A stretch of 64,000 bases of DNA from Pristiophorus japonicus (lineage: Eukaryota): assembly GCF_044704955.1 (NCBI RefSeq), contig NW_027252026.1, positions 434,001 to 498,000 of the forward strand, read 5' to 3'. Each line of letters begins with the position of its first letter. The stretch's first letter is position 1. The notes below the pieces were generated by a model. That model ran no database searches, had not been told where the DNA came from, and saw only the letters and a program-made list of their open reading frames with translations. Position numbers and translations under genes: made by a program. Positions 25,751 to 39,104 of this stretch are shown here, one piece after another.

Positions 25751-26054
25751 ATAGTTATTATTACAAGTCTCCCCCCACCCAACCCCACCCCCACCCCACA
25801 ATAGCTCGATTATCAATTATTGGGATGTTTTTAGTGTCCTCTACCGTGAAGTCCGATACAAAATATTTGTCCAAAGACTCTGCCATTTCCGTTTCCCATT
25901 ATTAATTCCCCAGTCTCATTCTCTAAGGGACCAACATTTACTTTAGCTAATCGTTTCCTTTTGATATAACTGTAGAAACTCTGACAGTATGTGGTTATAT
26001 TTCTTGCTAGTTTATTCTCATTCTATCTTCTCCGTCTTTATCCCTCTGTTCTAG

Positions 26055-29000
26055 AAAAAACATAGAAAATAGGTGCAGGACAAGGCCATTCGGCCCTTCT
26101 AGCCTGTACCGCCATTCAATGAGTTCATGGCTGAACATGCAACTTCAGTACCCCCTTCCTGCTTTCTCGCCATACCCCTTGATCCCCCAAGTAGTAAGGA
26201 CTTCATCCAACTCCTTTTTGAATACATTCAGCAAATTGGCCTCAACAACTTTCTGTGGAAGGCAATTCCACAGGTTCACCACTCTCTGGGTGAAGACGTT
26301 TCTCCTCATCTCGGTCCTAAATGGCTTACCCCTTATCCTTAGACTGTGACCCCTGGTTCTGGACTTCCCCAACATTGGGAACATTCTTCCTGCATCTAAC
26401 CTGTCTAAACCCATCAGGATTTTAAACGTTTCTATGAGATCCCCTCTCATTCTTCTGAACTCCAGTGAATACAAGCCCAGTTGATCCAGTCTTTCTTGAT
26501 AGGTCAGTCCCGCCATCCCGGGAATCAGTCTGGTGAACCTTCGCTGCACTCCCTCAATAGCAAGAATGTCCTTCAAGTTAGGAGACCAAAACTGTACACA
26601 ATACTCCAGGTGTGGCCTCACCAAGGCCCTGTACAACTGTAGTAACACCTCCCTGCCCCTGGACTAAAATCCTCTTGCTATGAAGGCCAACATGCCATTT
26701 GCTTTCTTAACCGCCTGCTGTACCTACATGCCAACCTTCAATGACTGATGTACCATGACACCCAGGTCTCGTTGCACCTCCCCTTTTCCTAATCTGTCAC
26801 CATTCAGATAATAGTCTGCCTCTCTGTTTTTACCACCAAAGTGGATAACCTCACATTTATCCACATTATACTTCATCTGCCATGCATTTGCCCACTCACC
26901 TAACCTATCCAAGTCACTCTGCAGCCTCATAGCATCCTCCTCGCAGCTCACACTGCCACCCAACTTAGTGTCATCCCAAATTTGGAGATGCTACATTTAA
27001 TCCCCTCATCTAAATCATTAATGTACAATGTAAACAGCTGGGGCCCCAGCACGGAACCTTGCGGTACCCCACTAGTCACTGCCTGCCATTCTGAAAAGTC
27101 CCCATTTACTCCTACTCTTTGCTTCCTGTCTGACAACCAGTTCTCAATCCATGTCAGCACACTACCCCCAATCCCATGTGCTTTAACTTTGCACATTAAT
27201 CTCTTGTGTGGGACCTTGTCGAAAGCCTTCTGAAAGTCCAAATATACCACATCAACTGGTTCTCCCTTGTCCACTCTACTGGAAACATCCTCAAAAAATT
27301 CCAGAAGATTTGTCAAGCATGATTTCCCTTTCACAAATCCATGCTGACTTGGACCTATCATGTCACCTCTTTCCAAATGCGCTGCTATGACATCCTTAAT
27401 AATTGATTCCATCATTTTACCCACTACTGAAGTCAGGCTGACCGGTCTAAAATTCCCTGTTTTCTCTCTCCCTCCTTTTTTAAAAAGTGGGGTTACATTG
27501 GCTACCCTCCACTCGATAGGAACTGATCCAGAGTCTATGGAATGTTGGAAAATGACTGTCAATGCGTCCGCTATTTCCGAGGCCACCTCCTTTAGTACTC
27601 TGGGATGCAGTCCATCAGGCCCTGGGGATTTATCGGTCTTCAATCCCATCAATATCCCCAACACAATTTCCCACCTAATAAGGATTTCCCTCAGTTCCTC
27701 CTTCTTACTAGACCCTCTGACCCCTTTTATATCCGGAAGGTTGTTTGTGTCCTCCTTAGTGAATACCGAACCAAAGTACTTGTTCAATTGGTCTGCCATT
27801 TCTTTGTTCCCCGTCATGACTTCCCCTGATTCTGACTGCAGGAGACCTACGCTTGTCTTTGCTAACCTTTTTCTTTTTACATATCTATTGAAACTTTTGC
27901 AGTCCGTCTTAATGTTCCCTGCAAGCTTCTTCTCGTACTCCATTTTCCCTGCCCCAATGAAACCCTTTGTCCTCCTCTGCTGAGTTCTAAATTTCTCTCA
28001 GTCCCCAGGTTCACTGCTATTTCTGGCCAATTTGTATGCCACTTCCTTGGCTTTAATACTATCCTTGATTTCCCTTGATAGCCACGGTTGAGCCACCTTC
28101 CCTTTTTTATTTTTACGCCAGTCAGGAATGTACAATTGTTGCAATTCATCCATGCCGTCTCTAAATGTCTGCCATTGCCCATCTGCTTTCTGCAGCACTT
28201 GCCAATTTTTCTCCATTTAAATTATAATTTGCTTTTTAAAAAAAAAATTCTGCCGAAGTGAATAACCTCACACTTTCCCACATTATACTCCATCTGCCAA
28301 ATTTTTGCCCACTCAGCCTGTCTACATCCCTTTGCAGATGTTTTGTGTCCTCCTCACAATTTGCTTTCCCACCCATCTTTGTATCATCAGCAAACTTGGC
28401 TACATTGGATTGGTCCCTTCATCCAAATCATTAATATAGATTGTAAATAGTTGAGGCCCAGCATCAATCCCTGCGGCACCCCACTAGTTACTGTTCACCA
28501 ACCGGAAAATGACCCATTAATCCCGACTCTCTGTTTTCTATTAGTTAGCTAATTCTCTATCCATACTAATATATTATCCCCAACCCTGTGAACTTTTATC
28601 TTGTGCAGTAATCTTTTATGTGGCACCTTATCGAATGCCTTCTGGAAATCCAAATACACCACATCCACTGGTTCCCCCTTAGCCACCCTGCACATTACAT
28701 CCTCAAAGAACTCCAGCAAATTTGTCAAACATGATTTCCCTTTCATGAAACCATACTGACTCTGCTTAATTGAATTATGCTTTTCAAAATGTCCTGCTAC
28801 TGCTTCCTTAAGAATGGACAACAGCATTTTTCCAACGACAGATGTTAGGCTAACTGGTCTATAGTTTCCTGCTTTCTGTCTGCCTCCTTTTTTAAAGAGG
28901 GGCGTGACATTTGCAGTTTTCCAGCCTCTGGGACCTCCCCAGAATCCAGGGAATTTTGGTTAAAATACAACCAATGCATCCACTATCTCTGCAGTCACTT

Positions 29001-29100
29001 ATTTTGAGACCCTAGGATGCAAGTCATCGGGTGCAGGGGACTTGTCCACCTTTCGTCCCATTATTTTACTGAGTACTTCCTCGTTAGTGATAGTGATTAT
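26055..29100 (-). mobile_element. CR1-type LINE: young copy 26055-28190 plus a second fragment 28250-29100
   Basis: Long RT ORFs (26948..27943, 26145..26648) with [25 protein letters not shown] and [10 protein letters not shown], plus a (TTTCTATG) tail. Confidence 0.92.
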
Positions 29101-29169
29101 TGGGATATCAGGAGGAACTTAAAACAGTGGATAATCAAGGGGCTGTTTTTGTCTTCTACCATGAAGTAT

Positions 29170-32100
29170 ACGGTACTGCACTTGCTTCTGTGCACAGTCA
29201 GAGGCTGAACTCGAAGCCATGGTCAACACCTTTACAGAGGCGTATGACAGCATGGGCCTTACACTAAACATCCGTAAGACAAAGGTCCTCCACCAACCTG
29301 ACCCCGTCACATAGCACTGCCCCCCCCGGTCATCAAAATCCACAGCGCAGCCTTGGATAACGTGGACAATTTTCCTTACCTCGGGAGCCTATCAGCAAGG
29401 GCAGACATCGATGACGAGGTCCAGCTCCGTCTCCAGTGCACGAGCGCAGCTTTCAGTCGTCTGCGGAAGAGATTGTTTGAAGACCAGGACCTCAAAATTG
29501 TTATCAAGCTTATGGTCTATAGGGTAGTAGTGATACCCACCCTCCTACATGGCTCGGAGACGTGGACCATATACAGCTGGTTATATATGTAAACTTGTAT
29601 TTACTCTGTACAGCCACCAGAGGGCTCATCGCCTGGAGTCCCAAGGATCCCATAATCCCTTGGGAGCACAGGTATTTAAGGAGGCCTCACAGGTTGGAGA
29701 GGCACTCTGGAGACCTGCAATAAGACACTAAGGTCACACTTTACTTTGAGCTCAGTGTTCAGACTGACTCTTTCTCCATACATAACAACTAGCGACGAGA
29801 TACAGATAGTGAACCCAAAGATGCAGAGAACAGTGGGCATCCTGCAGAAATTCTCGGAGAGAGATGATTGGGAAACTTTTGTGGAGCGACTCGACCAATA
29901 CTTCGTGGCCAACGAGCTAGATGGGGAAGAGAATGCTGCCAAACAAAGGGCGATCCTCCTCCCCGTCTGTGGGGCACCAACGCATGGCCACAAGAAGAAT
30001 CTGCTCACTCCAGCAAAACCCACGGAGAAATCGTACGACAATTTATGCACACTGGTCCGAGAGCATTTGAACCCGAAGGAAAGCGTTCTGATGGCGAGGT
30101 ACCGGTTCTACACCGACAGAAGGTCTGAAGGCAGGAAGTGGCGAGTTATGTTGCCGAGCTAAGACGCCTTGCAGGACATTGCGAATTTGAAGGACATTTG
30201 GAGCACATGCTCACGAGACTTTTTCGTACTTGGCATTGCCATGAAACCATACTTCGCAAACTTTTGACTGTAGAGACGCCAACCTTGAATATCTATACAA
30301 GCAGACTGCTTTCTGTGGGGCAATCGAGTAGTGGTCCCCAAGAAGGACAGAGACACCTTCATCAATGAACTCCACAGTACCCACCCAGGCATCGTAATGA
30401 TGAAAGCGATAGCTAGACCCCATGTGTGATGGCCCGGTATCAATGTGGACTTAAGAGTCCTGCGTTCACAGATGTAATACATTCTCGCAGTTAAGCAATG
30501 TAGCTTGGGATTGGCCGCTAAGTTTATGGTCTTGGCCCTCCAAACCGTGGTCTAGGGTACACGTCGACTACGCAGGCCCATTCGAGTAAAATGTTCTTTG
30601 TGGTTGTAGACTCGTACTCCAAGTGGATTGAATGTGAGATAATGTCGGCTAGCACATTCGCTGCCACTACTGAAAGCTTGCGGAACATGTTTGCCACACA
30701 CGGCCTACCCGATGTCCTGATGAGCGACAACGGGCCATGTTTTACCAGTGCTGAGTTCAAAGAATTCATGACCCGCAACGGGATCAAACATGTCACATCT
30801 GCCCCGTTTAAACCAGCGTCCAACGGTCAGGCAGAGAAAGCAATGCAAACCATCAAGCAGGATTTGAAGAGGGTCACTGAAGGCTCACTGCAGACTCGCC
30901 TATCCTGAATCCTGCTTAGCTACCGCACGAGACCCTACTCGCTCACTGGGATCCCACCTGCTGAACTACTCATGAAAAGAGCACTTAAGACAAGTCTCTC
31001 GTTAGTTCACCCTGACCTACATGAACAGGTAGAGAGCAGGTGGCTTCAACAAAGTGCATACCATGATAGCGTTACACATTTGCGCTAGATTGAAATCAAT
31101 GATCCTATATTTGTATTAAATTATGGACAAGGTCCCAAGTGGCTTCCCGGCACTGTCGTGGCCAAAGAGGAGAGCAGGGTGTTTCAGGTCAAACTTTCAA
31201 ATGGACTCATTCACCGGAAACACTTGGACCAAATCAAACTCAGATTCACGGAATACCTTGAACAACCCACCTTGGACCCTACCTTTTTTGATCCCCCAAC
31301 ATACACACCAGTGGCAACCGACACCACGGTTGACCACGAAGCAGAACCCATCATCCACAGCAGCCCTGCAGGGCCCAACACACCAGGCAGTCCAGCAAGG
31401 CCAGTTGCACAGCAGCTCAGCGAGGGCCCAGCAAATGATTCAACAACACCAGCTTTCACGCCAAGGGGATCAAGAAGGGCCCCAGATCGACTCGCATTGT
31501 AAATAGTTACACTATTGACTTTGGGTGGAATATTGTTATATATGTGGACTTGTATTTACTCTGTACAGCCACCAGAGGGCTCATCCCCTTGAGTCCCAAG
31601 CGATCCCATAATCCCTTGGGAGCACAGGTATTTAAGGAGGCTTCACAGTTGGAGAGGCATTCTGGAAACCGGCAATAAAAGATTAAAGTCACACTTTACT
31701 TTGAGCGCAGTCTGACTCTTTTGCCGTACATAACACAGCGGACACCTCAAAGCGCTGGAGAAATACCACCAGTGCTGCCTCCGCAAGATCCTGCAAATCC
31801 CCTGGGAGGACAGAGGCACCGTCAGTGTTCTCGATCAGGCCAACATCGAAGCACTGACCACACTCGACCAGCTCCGTTGGCTGGGCCACACTGTGCGCAC
31901 GTCTGACACAAGACTCCCAAAGCAAATGCTCTACTCGGAATTCCTACACGGCAAGCGAGCCCCAGGTGGGCAGAGGAAATGTTTCCAGGACACCCTCAAA
32001 GCCTCCCTGATAAAGTGCGCCATCCCCACTGACACCTGGGAGTCCCTGGCCAAAGACCAGCCGAAGTGGAGGAAGAGCATCCGGGAGGGCGCTGAGCACC

Positions 32101-32318
32101 TCGAGTCCCGTCGCCGAGAGCGTGCAGAAACCAAGCGCAAGCAGCGGAAGGAGCGTGCGGCAAACCAGTCCCAGCCACCCTTTCCTCCAACCACTGTGTG
32201 TCCCACCTGTGGCACAGACTGTCATTCCCCAATTGGACGGTTCCGTCACCTGACAACTCAGTGTTAGAGTGGAAGCAAGTGTCCCCCGATCCCGAGGGAC
32301 TGCCTGTGATGGTGATGA
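29170..32318 (+). mobile_element. RTE-clade LINE split by an LTR element
   Basis: FPYLGS...HGSETWTIYS| resumes after 31735 as HLKALEKYHQ...RLPKQMLYSE...GGQRK...CPTC, with a (GAT)n tail. Confidence 0.88.
29578..31735 (+). mobile_element. Internally deleted Gypsy LTR element with both LTRs (29578-29787, 31534-31735) and 4-bp TSD CAGC
   Basis: Direct LTRs ending ATAACA, PBS-like actagcgacgag, gag (DWETFVERLDQYFVAN) and integrase (VVDSYSKW, SDNGPCFTS, PASNGQAE). CAGC at 29574-29577 and 31736-31739. Confidence 0.92.
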
Positions 32319-32569
32319 TGTGTTGTATACACGCGCTGTCTCCTGTTACCGTCCATGGTCCACAGGTGGCTCAATGTCACTTCACTTCCCCACATTGTTG
32401 TCACAGCTCGAATACAAGCGATCATATTGGGATGTGGGTTGAAAGGATTGGCCCCACGTTCTCAGCCAGGACTGTGAGCCTGTGTGCTGCAGGAGGGAAG
32501 ATGGAGTTGTCCCGGGAACTATTGGCATTGGCCGCAGTTACTGCCCTGACTGGGGAGTGTTGGAGGGAG

Positions 32570-32945
32570 TTTATCCCCGCCCCGCCCCGCTCACTGCCTC
32601 CTCCAGCCCACTGCCGCCACACCCCGCACCACCTCGGCCCCTGGAGCCCACTCCCCCCTAACCCCATCCATCCATCCCCCGCCCGGGTCCGCCCCCCGCT
32701 CACTGCAGGCCGGCCCCGGCCCCGGCCCCGGCCCCCAGCCTCTCCCCGCCCGCCCGGGCCCGGGCTCAGCCTCCACTCACCGGCCGCCATCGCCTCCAAC
32801 CGCGGCGCCGCTCCGCTGTTCCCGCCTCATCCACTCGCCATTCTGATTGGTCCCCAGCGCCGCGCGGGGCGGGGCGGGGCGGGGCGGGGCCGGTGGGCGG
32901 GGCCCCCGCGCGGGGCGGGGCGGGGACGGTTGGGCGCGCGGGAAG
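32570..32945 (-). promoter_or_regulatory. CpG island promoter with tandem GC boxes and CCAAT box
   Basis: Very GC/CpG-rich non-repeat block. Multiple GGGGCGGGGC at about 32865-32930, CCAAT at 32846-32850 on the minus strand, then ATG GCG GCC G|gtgagt at 32790-32775. Confidence 0.8.
32781..32840 (-). other. Putative first exon (5'UTR + M-A-A, phase-1 donor) of a leftward transcript
   Basis: Kozak-like GAGGCG-ATG-G and consensus donor CG|GTGAGT. Confidence 0.55.
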
Positions 32946-33429
32946 TTTGAACCGGATGACCCAAATATACAAACAAACCATTTGTGGTCAATCACAGCAT
33001 GAGAAGGAATAGAAGCGGGAAATCAAATCAATGAGTTGTGTGCAGCAACAATCCTGAAAGGAAGTGTGAGCTTGGACAGATAAACAAGGGCAAGGAGCAG
33101 CTTTAAATACGGCCAAAAGATAAAGTCTGTCAATGCTGGGAGTGTGGGGCTTACTGAGGGAATGAGAAACAATGGTGGCACGGATTTAACAGCACTGACA
33201 AACCTGGCTGGGAATTGTGCAGGAGTGCAACATAAACACATCAGATTGCAATGTTTTCAGGAGGGGCAGAACAGGAGCAAGAGTGCAAGACAGGGTGAAG
33301 GAGGGAATAGATTCTGCAGGGAGCTGATGTGCACAAAAAATAAGTTCAGACAAAAAAAAGACAACAGCAGAAAAGAACCGAGATATAAGGAAAGTTGCGG
33401 GGGACCTCTCTACTCTTTACACCTTTAAG

Positions 33430-34535
33430 ACTCTCCATAAAACCTACCTCTTTGACCGAGCTTGTGGAGCGCCTTGGGACATTTTACATTAAAGGCACTA
33501 TATAAATACAAGTTGTTGTTGTTAAGGAGCATCTTGAAGGAGGAATGAGGTAGAGAGGCGGAGAGGTTTAGGCAGGGAGTTCCAGAGCTTGGGGCCAGGC
33601 AACAGAAGGCATGGCCACCGATGGTGGAGCGATTATAATCCGGGATGCTCAGGAGGGCAAAATTAGAGGAGCGCAGACATCTCGAGGGGTTGTGGGGCTG
33701 GAGGAGATTACAGAGAAAGGGAGGGGCGAGGCCGTGGAGGGATTTGAAAACAAGGATGAGAATTTTCAAATTGAGGCGTTGCTTAACTGGGAGCCAATGT
33801 AGGTCAGTGAGCTCAGGGGTGATGGGTGAGTGGGACTTGGTGCGAGTTAGGACACGGGCTGCCGAGTTTTGGATGACCTCAAGTTTGTGTAGGATAGAAT
33901 GTTTGAATATTCAAGAATAAAGGTAAAAAGACATGGATGAGGGTTTCAGCAGCGGATGAGCTGAGGCAGGGTCGGAGACGATCGATGTTACAGAGTTGGA
34001 ACTAGGTGGTCTTAGTTAAGCTGCAGATAAATGGTTGGAAGCTGATTTCTGGGTCAAATATGGCACCAAGGTTGTGAACAGCTTGGTTCAGCCTCAGACA
34101 GGACAGGGATGGAGTAAGTGGCTGGGGAACGGAGTTGGTGACGGGGACTGAAAACAATGGCTTTGGTTGTCCCAATATTTAATTGGAGAACATTTCTGCT
34201 CATCCAGTACGATATGTTGGATAGGCAGTCTGACAATTTAGAGACCGTGACGGGGTGGAGAGAAGTGGTAGTGAGGTGAAGCTGGGAGTCGTCAGCGTAT
34301 GTGTGGAAACTGGCGCTGTATTTTTGAATGATGTTGCCAATGTAGATGATAAATAGGAGGGGGCCAAGGATAGATCCTTGTGGGGGGGAACCAGAGTTAA
34401 CGGTGCAGGAGTAGGAAGAGAAACTATTCTCTGGCAACGGTTCGATAGAAAAGACTGAAACCAGGTGAGTGCAGTCCCACCCAGCTGGTCAACGGTGGAG
34501 AGGGTTTGGAGGATGGATTGGTAAATCATGTCAAA
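33430..34535 (-). mobile_element. L2-type LINE fragment
   Basis: [27 protein letters not shown] and an L2-like 3' end. Confidence 0.8.
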
Positions 34536-34792
34536 GTCTGCAGACAAGTCAAGAAGAACAACACAAAGACATTACGGTTACAATGTACAACGTCACAGGA
34601 GATTGGCTAATTTTAAAAAAAGAACCTTGTCTTGTGCAATGAGGATTGGGTGGATTCTACACTGGGTGTCAGCTCACAACAGCAGTTTTACGCAAGTTGA
34701 AAATCTTACGTATTTGATTCAATGTATATTTTAACCTGTTGATGTTAGATGAAGAAACCAGATGTGAATTGGTTTGCCTGGGCCTATCATAG

Positions 34793-34905
34793 CTACTGCT
34801 GATTGCACATCTTAATTTGTCGTTTTTGGAGCTTCGTGTTTTGGTGTTTTTCATTCCTGCTTGTTACCTGCTGATTCTCACGTTCTCCACCTGTGCAGTT
34901 GTGAT
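34793..34905 (-). CDS. Possible terminal exon of gene B tail
   Basis: Acceptor caacag| with a weak pyrimidine tract; phase 1, compatible with the ITIM exon. Translation (D)HNCTGGERENQQVTSRNEKHQNTKLQKRQIKMCNQQ*. Unique sequence. Confidence 0.25.
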
Positions 34906-35383
34906 CTGTTGGTGGTTGAATATGAATATGAAATTTAATCCTATCGGCTGGGAGAAATTTGCATATAAGAAGGTGTGACAGCCAAAGTGTGACACAGGAA
35001 ATGTGACAGGCAAACAGGAAATGCATCCTGTGCACCATTTTTAATAGGTTGCCAGTGGATGTCCTGTGTTACTCACAATAAGTCAGAGAATGCTCTGTTT
35101 TATGGAGCAATGTACATGAACCTTTCGTTAACTTCAAATAGCGATTCATTTTAAAGTGGCTCTTCTCCCTACGACTGACGGTAGTTTCAAGCTGGTGACC
35201 ATGTAGATGGCAAATGCCCTGGTTACTGGTCATTTATTTCAGTCTAGTTTTAAATAGTATCCATGAGCTGAGCATTGAGAGATTGTACAGGGAGATGCCA
35301 CAGTAACCAACAGGAAGCTTACTTCATTGTAGAAAGAGACAGAACATGGGCATTTTAAAACAGGTCACTTATTAACGTTGGGT

Positions 35384-37990
35384 GGGGCCGAAATTGCCCC
35401 TTCCGATAAAGCCTCTTGCTGCCTGAAAGCAACAGCTATGGGGCGGCGCGGAATGGCCGCGGACTCACGGCGGACTGGCCGATGTTCGTGGCATTGCCCT
35501 CAAAGGTTTTTGCTGCATTGTGAAGATCCGCCCCGCTCCAGCAGATGCGTCGTTAACGATGTCATCCGAGCGCGCACCGCATCGGACCCGCCCCGGAAGG
35601 TAAATTCATTCAAAAAGTCTTCCAGCCGCCTGTCGATGCCAACGACAGTTTTTTGGGTCGGTACACAGTGCTAGCTCAAGACCACCAGCAGCCTTTAAAG
35701 GCGTGTTGCATGTAGCAGCATTCTGCACTGACCCTCCCACACCAGATATTGGGCGAAATGGAGAGAAGGCAGGGTGCACAGGAGGCAGATGCTTGCCAGC
35801 AGCAGGCTGCAGAGGGTGAGGAGCAGCAAGAGCATGAAGGAGAAGGCAATGAGGCAGCTGCCATCGGAAGACGTGAACATAGACATGGCGGGGAGAAGGC
35901 CCTATCGTCCAAGGGTGTACAGACAGCAGTTCTCATACATGGACCTGACGGATGACCAGTGTCTCCGGAGACTTCGATTCCTGTGCAATCTCCTGCAGCC
36001 AGACCTCCAGCCTCGAACAAAGTTGAGGACAGCGCTGACCGTTGCATCCAAGGTGACCATAGCACTCCATTTCTATGCGACTGATCATTCCAAGCTGCTA
36101 CAGTAGACATCTTGAACATTTCACATTTCACCGTGCGTCGCTCCATCATTAAGTGACAGATGCTCTCTATAAGAGAAGGAGGGACTAGTTATCCTTCCCG
36201 ATGAGCAGGGACAAACAGTTGGTGTGGAGACCAGATTCGGGAGGTGTGCGGGCTTCCCCAGGGTTCAGGGTGCCATTGACTGCACCCACGTCGCAATGAG
36301 GGCGCCACAGAACAATCCCGAGATCTTCAGAAACTGCAAGGGATTCCACTCCCTCAATGTGCAGCTGGTGTGTGACACCCCACCACAAAATCATGGCAGC
36401 TGATGCCTGGTATCCTGGCAGCAGCCTCGTTGCTTTCATCCAGCGCCAGAGCGGTGCGCCTGATGTGTTTGTTGGACCAAACCAAGGTTGCGGCTGGGTC
36501 CTTGGAGACAAGGGCTACCCACTGTGCACTTGGCTGCTGACTCCCCTTCACAACCCCAGGACTGCTGCGCAGCAAGCCGGCAATGACTCTCATTCAGCCA
36601 CCAGCTGCTTCATTGAGCAGTGCATCAGAATCCTTAAACAGAGGTTCCATTGCCTGGATCACTCTTCCAGTACTCGCCTGAGCGGGTCTCCCTATTCGTG
36701 GTCGTCTGATGCATGCTTCATAACCTGGCAATCATGAGGGCACAACCATTGGAGGACGAGGCACCAGTATCAGCTGAGGAGGAGGACCAGGAGGAGGAGG
36801 CACAGGACCAGTACCAGGAGGAGGAGGTGGTGCAGGAGGAGGAGGAGGACCAGGACCAGTACCAGGAGGAGGAGGAGGCACAGGAGCACGATGCACAGAA
36901 GGAGGAGGAGGTGCAGGAGGAGGACCAGGATGTGGGTCGCTGGCCAAGCTGGAGGCAGCGTCGCCATTCAAACCCTGCAAGAGAAGTGCAAAACCGTCTC
37001 ATTGTTGCTCGTTTCTGATGAGTTCATGCGCACTTCACCCTTCACCTGTGCATCTCCATGGCCAACCCAATGAGCCCTTTCACACATCATTGCCCACAGT
37101 GAAATGAGACACCTGCACAGATATTGAAACACAAAATAAAGATTTATTGCACAAGAAAGAATGGTGCAAAAAAACCATACACCATCAATTATCATCCTTG
37201 TGCATTTGCTTATTCTTATGCAAACCTATTCTTGAACTATGCCCCAGTGTCTCGCCTGTGGCTGCATCATGCGTCTGGGAAGGCTGCTGTGTTTCAGGTG
37301 TAGAAGCTGCAGATGTTCTTCTAGGACGCCCTCGACCAGCTCTTTCCCTGGAAGTGCCAGCTGCAGACTGCATCGCACTCTCCTCGGTGCATTCAGTCGG
37401 GATTGGCTGGGGCGATTCCATGCTTGATGGCAATGGCGGACTGAGAGGTCTCAGCTCAGGACTACTGAGAAAGCACATCAGAATCCTGGTCCGAGGAGCC
37501 TGCTCCACTCCCCCGGGGCAGCACCTCACCACCCCCACCAATCAGCTGGAGCACAGGTCAGTGGTGTGGCACGACACCGGAAGTTCCCCGTGGACCGTGG
37601 TGGACCCAGCCGCGATGGCAACAGTCAGATCTCGCTTGGCATCCAGCTGAGACTGCATGAGAGCAGATACAGTCTCGATGTCACCAGAGACTACAGCAGT
37701 AAGATGCTCCGTAAGACAGCAGCATGAGCCTGGAGCAGCTGAGGGAGAGTTAAACATCAGCGTCTCCGGGACAACGGAGGCAGCGCAAGCCTGGTGCACC
37801 TGTTCGGCATGTGGCGTGGGTAATGGTGGCGGCCACTCTGACTTCTCCCACGATCCTTCGAGAAGCTAAAATGGAGCAGGGCCCCAGCGTGTTTCATCCC
37901 ATTCCCTCATCACACCTCAGATCTCCCACCACCTCTCCTGAAGGCACTGCTCAGTGCCGAGCTTACAGCTCACACCCCACTATAGGCAAT
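35384..37990 (+). mobile_element. Decayed PIF/Harbinger DNA transposon: transposase about 35880-37018 (+) and convergent second ORF about 37185-37800 (-)
   Basis: Terminus GGGGCCGAAATTGCCCC. DDE-region motifs [45 protein letters not shown] and MLHNLAI, followed by an acidic E/Q tail. Frameshifted. Confidence 0.88.
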
Positions 37991-37999
37991 TAGGCCTGG

Positions 38000-38970
38000 T
38001 CTCCAATCGTCTCAGACCACCTTGCCACTGGACCAAGACCTTGCTCTGCTAAGCCCGTGTGGTAGCCGGTGTTCGGTGGCCACCCCACCGTAAAAAAACT
38101 CACGCACATGTATCTTCCACCCTTCAAATGAAGTTTGGGACTTGGAACGTCCGGCCCCTCATGGACAACCCCAACAGCGACAGACTGGAATGCCGCACCG
38201 CCATCGATGCCCGGGAACTTAGAGGCTTCGATATCGACAGTGCCGCCCGAAGCAGATCCGGTGAGTAGGGGAAGGCCAGATCAAAGAACAAGGTGGAGGT
38301 TACACCTTCTTCTGGGAAGGCAAATGGTCTACAGGGCTGTAGTGATACCCGCCCTCCTATATGCTCAGGAGACGTGGACCATATACAGTAGAGACCTCAA
38401 ATCGCTGGAGAAATACCACCAACGATGTCTCCGCAAGATCCTTCCAACCCCTGGGAGGACAGACGCACCAACATCAGTGTTGTCAATCAGGCCAGCTTCG
38501 AAGCACTGACCACATTCGACCAGCTCCATTGGGCAGGCCACATTGTCCGTATGTCCGACACAAGACTCCCAAAGCAAGCGCTGTACTCGGAACTCCGACA
38601 CAGCAAGCGAGCCCCAGGTGGGCAGAGGAAACATTTCAAGGGCACCCTCAAAGCCTCCTTGATAAAGTGCAACATCCCCACTGACACCTGGGAATCCCTG
38701 GGCAAAGATTGCCTTAAGTGGGGGAAGAGCATCCGGAAGGGCGTTGAGCACCTCGAGTCTCGTCACCGAGAGCATGCAGAAAACAAGCGCAGGCAGCGGA
38801 AGGAGCGTGCGGCAAACCAGTCCCACCCACTCTTTCCTTCAATGACTGTCTGCCCCACCTGTGACAGAGACTGTAATTCCCCTATTGGACTGTTCAGTCA
38901 CCTGAGAACTCACTTCTAGAGTGGAAGCAAGTCTTCCTCGATTTTGAGGGACTGCCTATGATGATGATAT
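38000..38970 (+). mobile_element. Internally deleted RTE LINE (5' end fused to C-terminus)
   Basis: MKFGTWNVR..MD..RTAI.AREL joined near 38320 to MVYRAVVIPALLY...CPTCDR, with a (GAT)n tail. Confidence 0.85.
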
Positions 38971-39104
38971 TGCCTGTTTTGAACAAAATTAAAAACAGTT
39001 ATCTGCAGTAATCTCGTGTAAAATGTGACAATTCAGACATTGAGTTTATCCCGGGCATATCTGAGCCATACAGACTGGTAGGTCTTAGGATTGTGTGAAT
39101 CAGA

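Noticed and set aside
32198-32995. Pro/Gly/Arg-rich ORFs
   Set aside because: By-products of CpG-island composition running through a promoter and intron.
36713-37018. Acidic and poly-Leu/Pro ORFs as host genes
   Set aside because: Low-complexity tail of the Harbinger transposase and its antisense frames.
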